Shown here piece after piece: positions 62,148 to 64,000 of a DNA stretch of 64,000 bases (position 1 is the stretch's first letter; every line of letters starts with the position of its first letter). Both the position numbers and the translations under genes were made by a program. The notes beneath the pieces are model-generated. The model saw only the letters and a program-made list of their open reading frames with translations, ran no database searches and was not told the origin of the DNA. The DNA is from Tubiluchus corallicola (lineage: Eukaryota > Animalia > Priapulida), in assembly GCA_030141605.1 (NCBI GenBank), contig JAQGDQ010000063.1:434001-498000 (forward strand). Reading direction: 5' to 3'.

Positions 62148-64000
62148 CCTTTAAGACGTTTAGTATATGACAAACCTCCTAAAATCAGAATGATAGTTAA
62201 ATTACAAATGTAAAATATAGAACTTCGTCAAGCAGCTCATGCTAATCAATCATACTTCTATTGAATGACTGAGCGCTATTTCTCCACAGCTTTGTTTTAT
62301 AATGCCATAACTTACAACAGACAATTTACAATGTAACATACTATATTAAATAATGAACAAAAACAGCAACATACTCATATTAATAAATGACAAATGTTTT
62401 GCATGGACTTTTAGCCATACTCAGTCCTCTTGGAACAATGCACTTTTATTAATATTGTGAAATGTTTCCAGTACATTTATTGGCCATAGTAAGCCAAACT
62501 GACCTGCATGCTTTTACTAAAGGTGAGAGTGCTAATATGCACTGTCTATTCTTAACTTCATACAATGGTCAACAAAAACATGTTGTTTCTGTTTACATCG
62601 CTATTATCTTTATTAACAATGCTAATGCCTTGAAGCAAAAAGCGACTTTAAACAAATTCTCGTTAACAAAAATCATGCCTCCGATAGAAAAAATGTGAGA
62701 AACTAATAGCACCTATGTACATTCCAAGGACAAGCTTAATGGTTAGTTCATATAACTTAAATGTTTTATGAATTTTTTGCTCACAATTATAGATCATTTG
62801 TTTACTAAATGATAAAAGTAACTATTTACTATAATTTTATTACTGTTGAGTACAACACAATTTGCATAAAATAAAGGTAGGCCTATAGTCCAGACCAAGT
62901 TACACTAGGGGCTGTTTATTGTGCTCATGGTAAACCTAATAGGCTCAGCAATTTTGTTTGTTCTGCTTCAATAACGCGGTACTATGTGTAAAAGCTATCG
63001 CTGACCTGCACACTAATCACATATAGTTATGAACAAAATTAGTCTAGAGTCAGCAGTCACTGCACAATTGTGCACATTTCTTATTGCTTAATTTGTTTCC
63101 ACTTTCTTTGAAACCATCGATCTACAATTAGTGTTTTCTTCAGGCCGAAACTCGGCAACACAACTATTGAGCACTTTTGCAACAATGATGCTATCTGTAA
63201 ACTCGGATTGGTAGTAAACAGTGCTTAACTTTAAAGCCTTATGCTACCTAGTGGTAAGATATATAATTCTAAGCACTTGGCAGCTAAGACAATTATGCTT
63301 CTGAACAATTTTGTCTAGAGAATTCCTTTACATAATGTTAGTCAGGGCTAAAAAACATATTTTCAGTGGAAAAAATCTAGAATACATTAATTCAGGACTT
63401 CAAATTAGTTAAACAATATTTGTTGTTAAAGTGAAAAAATGCATTGTTAAAATGAAACACACACTATTAAGTGAAGAAGTGGTCAAAAATTCAGCACAAT
63501 TAATATTGATATTGCTAAGGAGGGAGTCGCTCAGCACTTACTTTACTTCTGTTTTGTTTAACTTTATTTGAACCATTTAATAAATTCAAAATTAATAAAT
63601 TTAAAATTTCTTTATTTAGGGGCCAAAATATTAAACACTCAATTTTTTCAAGTTGCACTTGTAGTTGTTGTTTCAAAATCTTGGCACTATGCCAATTTAG
63701 TGCAACCTGACATTAATTAAAGTTCTTCTGATAAAAAAGCTGTACAGACACAGGTCAGTATTTTCCCCAAAAAATCTAATACAGCATTAACATCACTACA
63801 CTGAAAAAATAACCTAGATTTATTTCCGGAAAAATGTAGATTTGCAGTTGAAGCCGTTTCCGTGAATTAATGCATTCACTGCTTTTATTTTCAACACTTA
63901 AGTTTGGGTTAATTGTAACGATAGTGTACGCGTGTGTAGTTGTTAAAATCTACATAAACAGCAAGTATGCTGTGAAAACGACTAAACAACTTGCCTGGTT

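Overview
AT-rich animal (invertebrate-like) genomic DNA, not prokaryotic. It has GT-AG spliced genes, micro/minisatellites, MITEs, SINEs and a Tigger fossil. Right half: a complete minus-strand JADE/PHF17-family gene (Drosophila rhinoceros-like). I assembled it by hand from 14 phase-consistent coding exons (62045->42267; 7635 nt, 2544 aa). It encodes EPcI-PZP(PHD-ZnK-PHD)-EPcII, then a ~2000-aa low-complexity tail from one 6.1-kb exon, ending in three copies of an LKL-x-VKR[DE]G-x-x-[YF] motif and an AT-hook. Left half (38.2 kb->1): the 5' end of a second, unidentified minus-strand gene. It appears to carry an array of short ATG-initiated alternative first exons with very different N-termini (acidic, Cys-cluster, charged, CxC/DPW, possibly a mitochondrial presequence). 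Four end in splice phase 2 and fit a 72-nt phase-2/2 exon at 3203-3274. This inferred variable-N-terminus system is the most interesting item, and it needs RNA evidence. Also present: a 6-kb 37-bp satellite with higher-order structure; 31-, 38- and 60-bp minisatellites; a 5S-derived SINE; a relic copy of JADE exon 5; an in-frame uORF before JADE; and two copies of one repeat with sharply different CpG decay. All coordinates were read by eye and no database searches were run.
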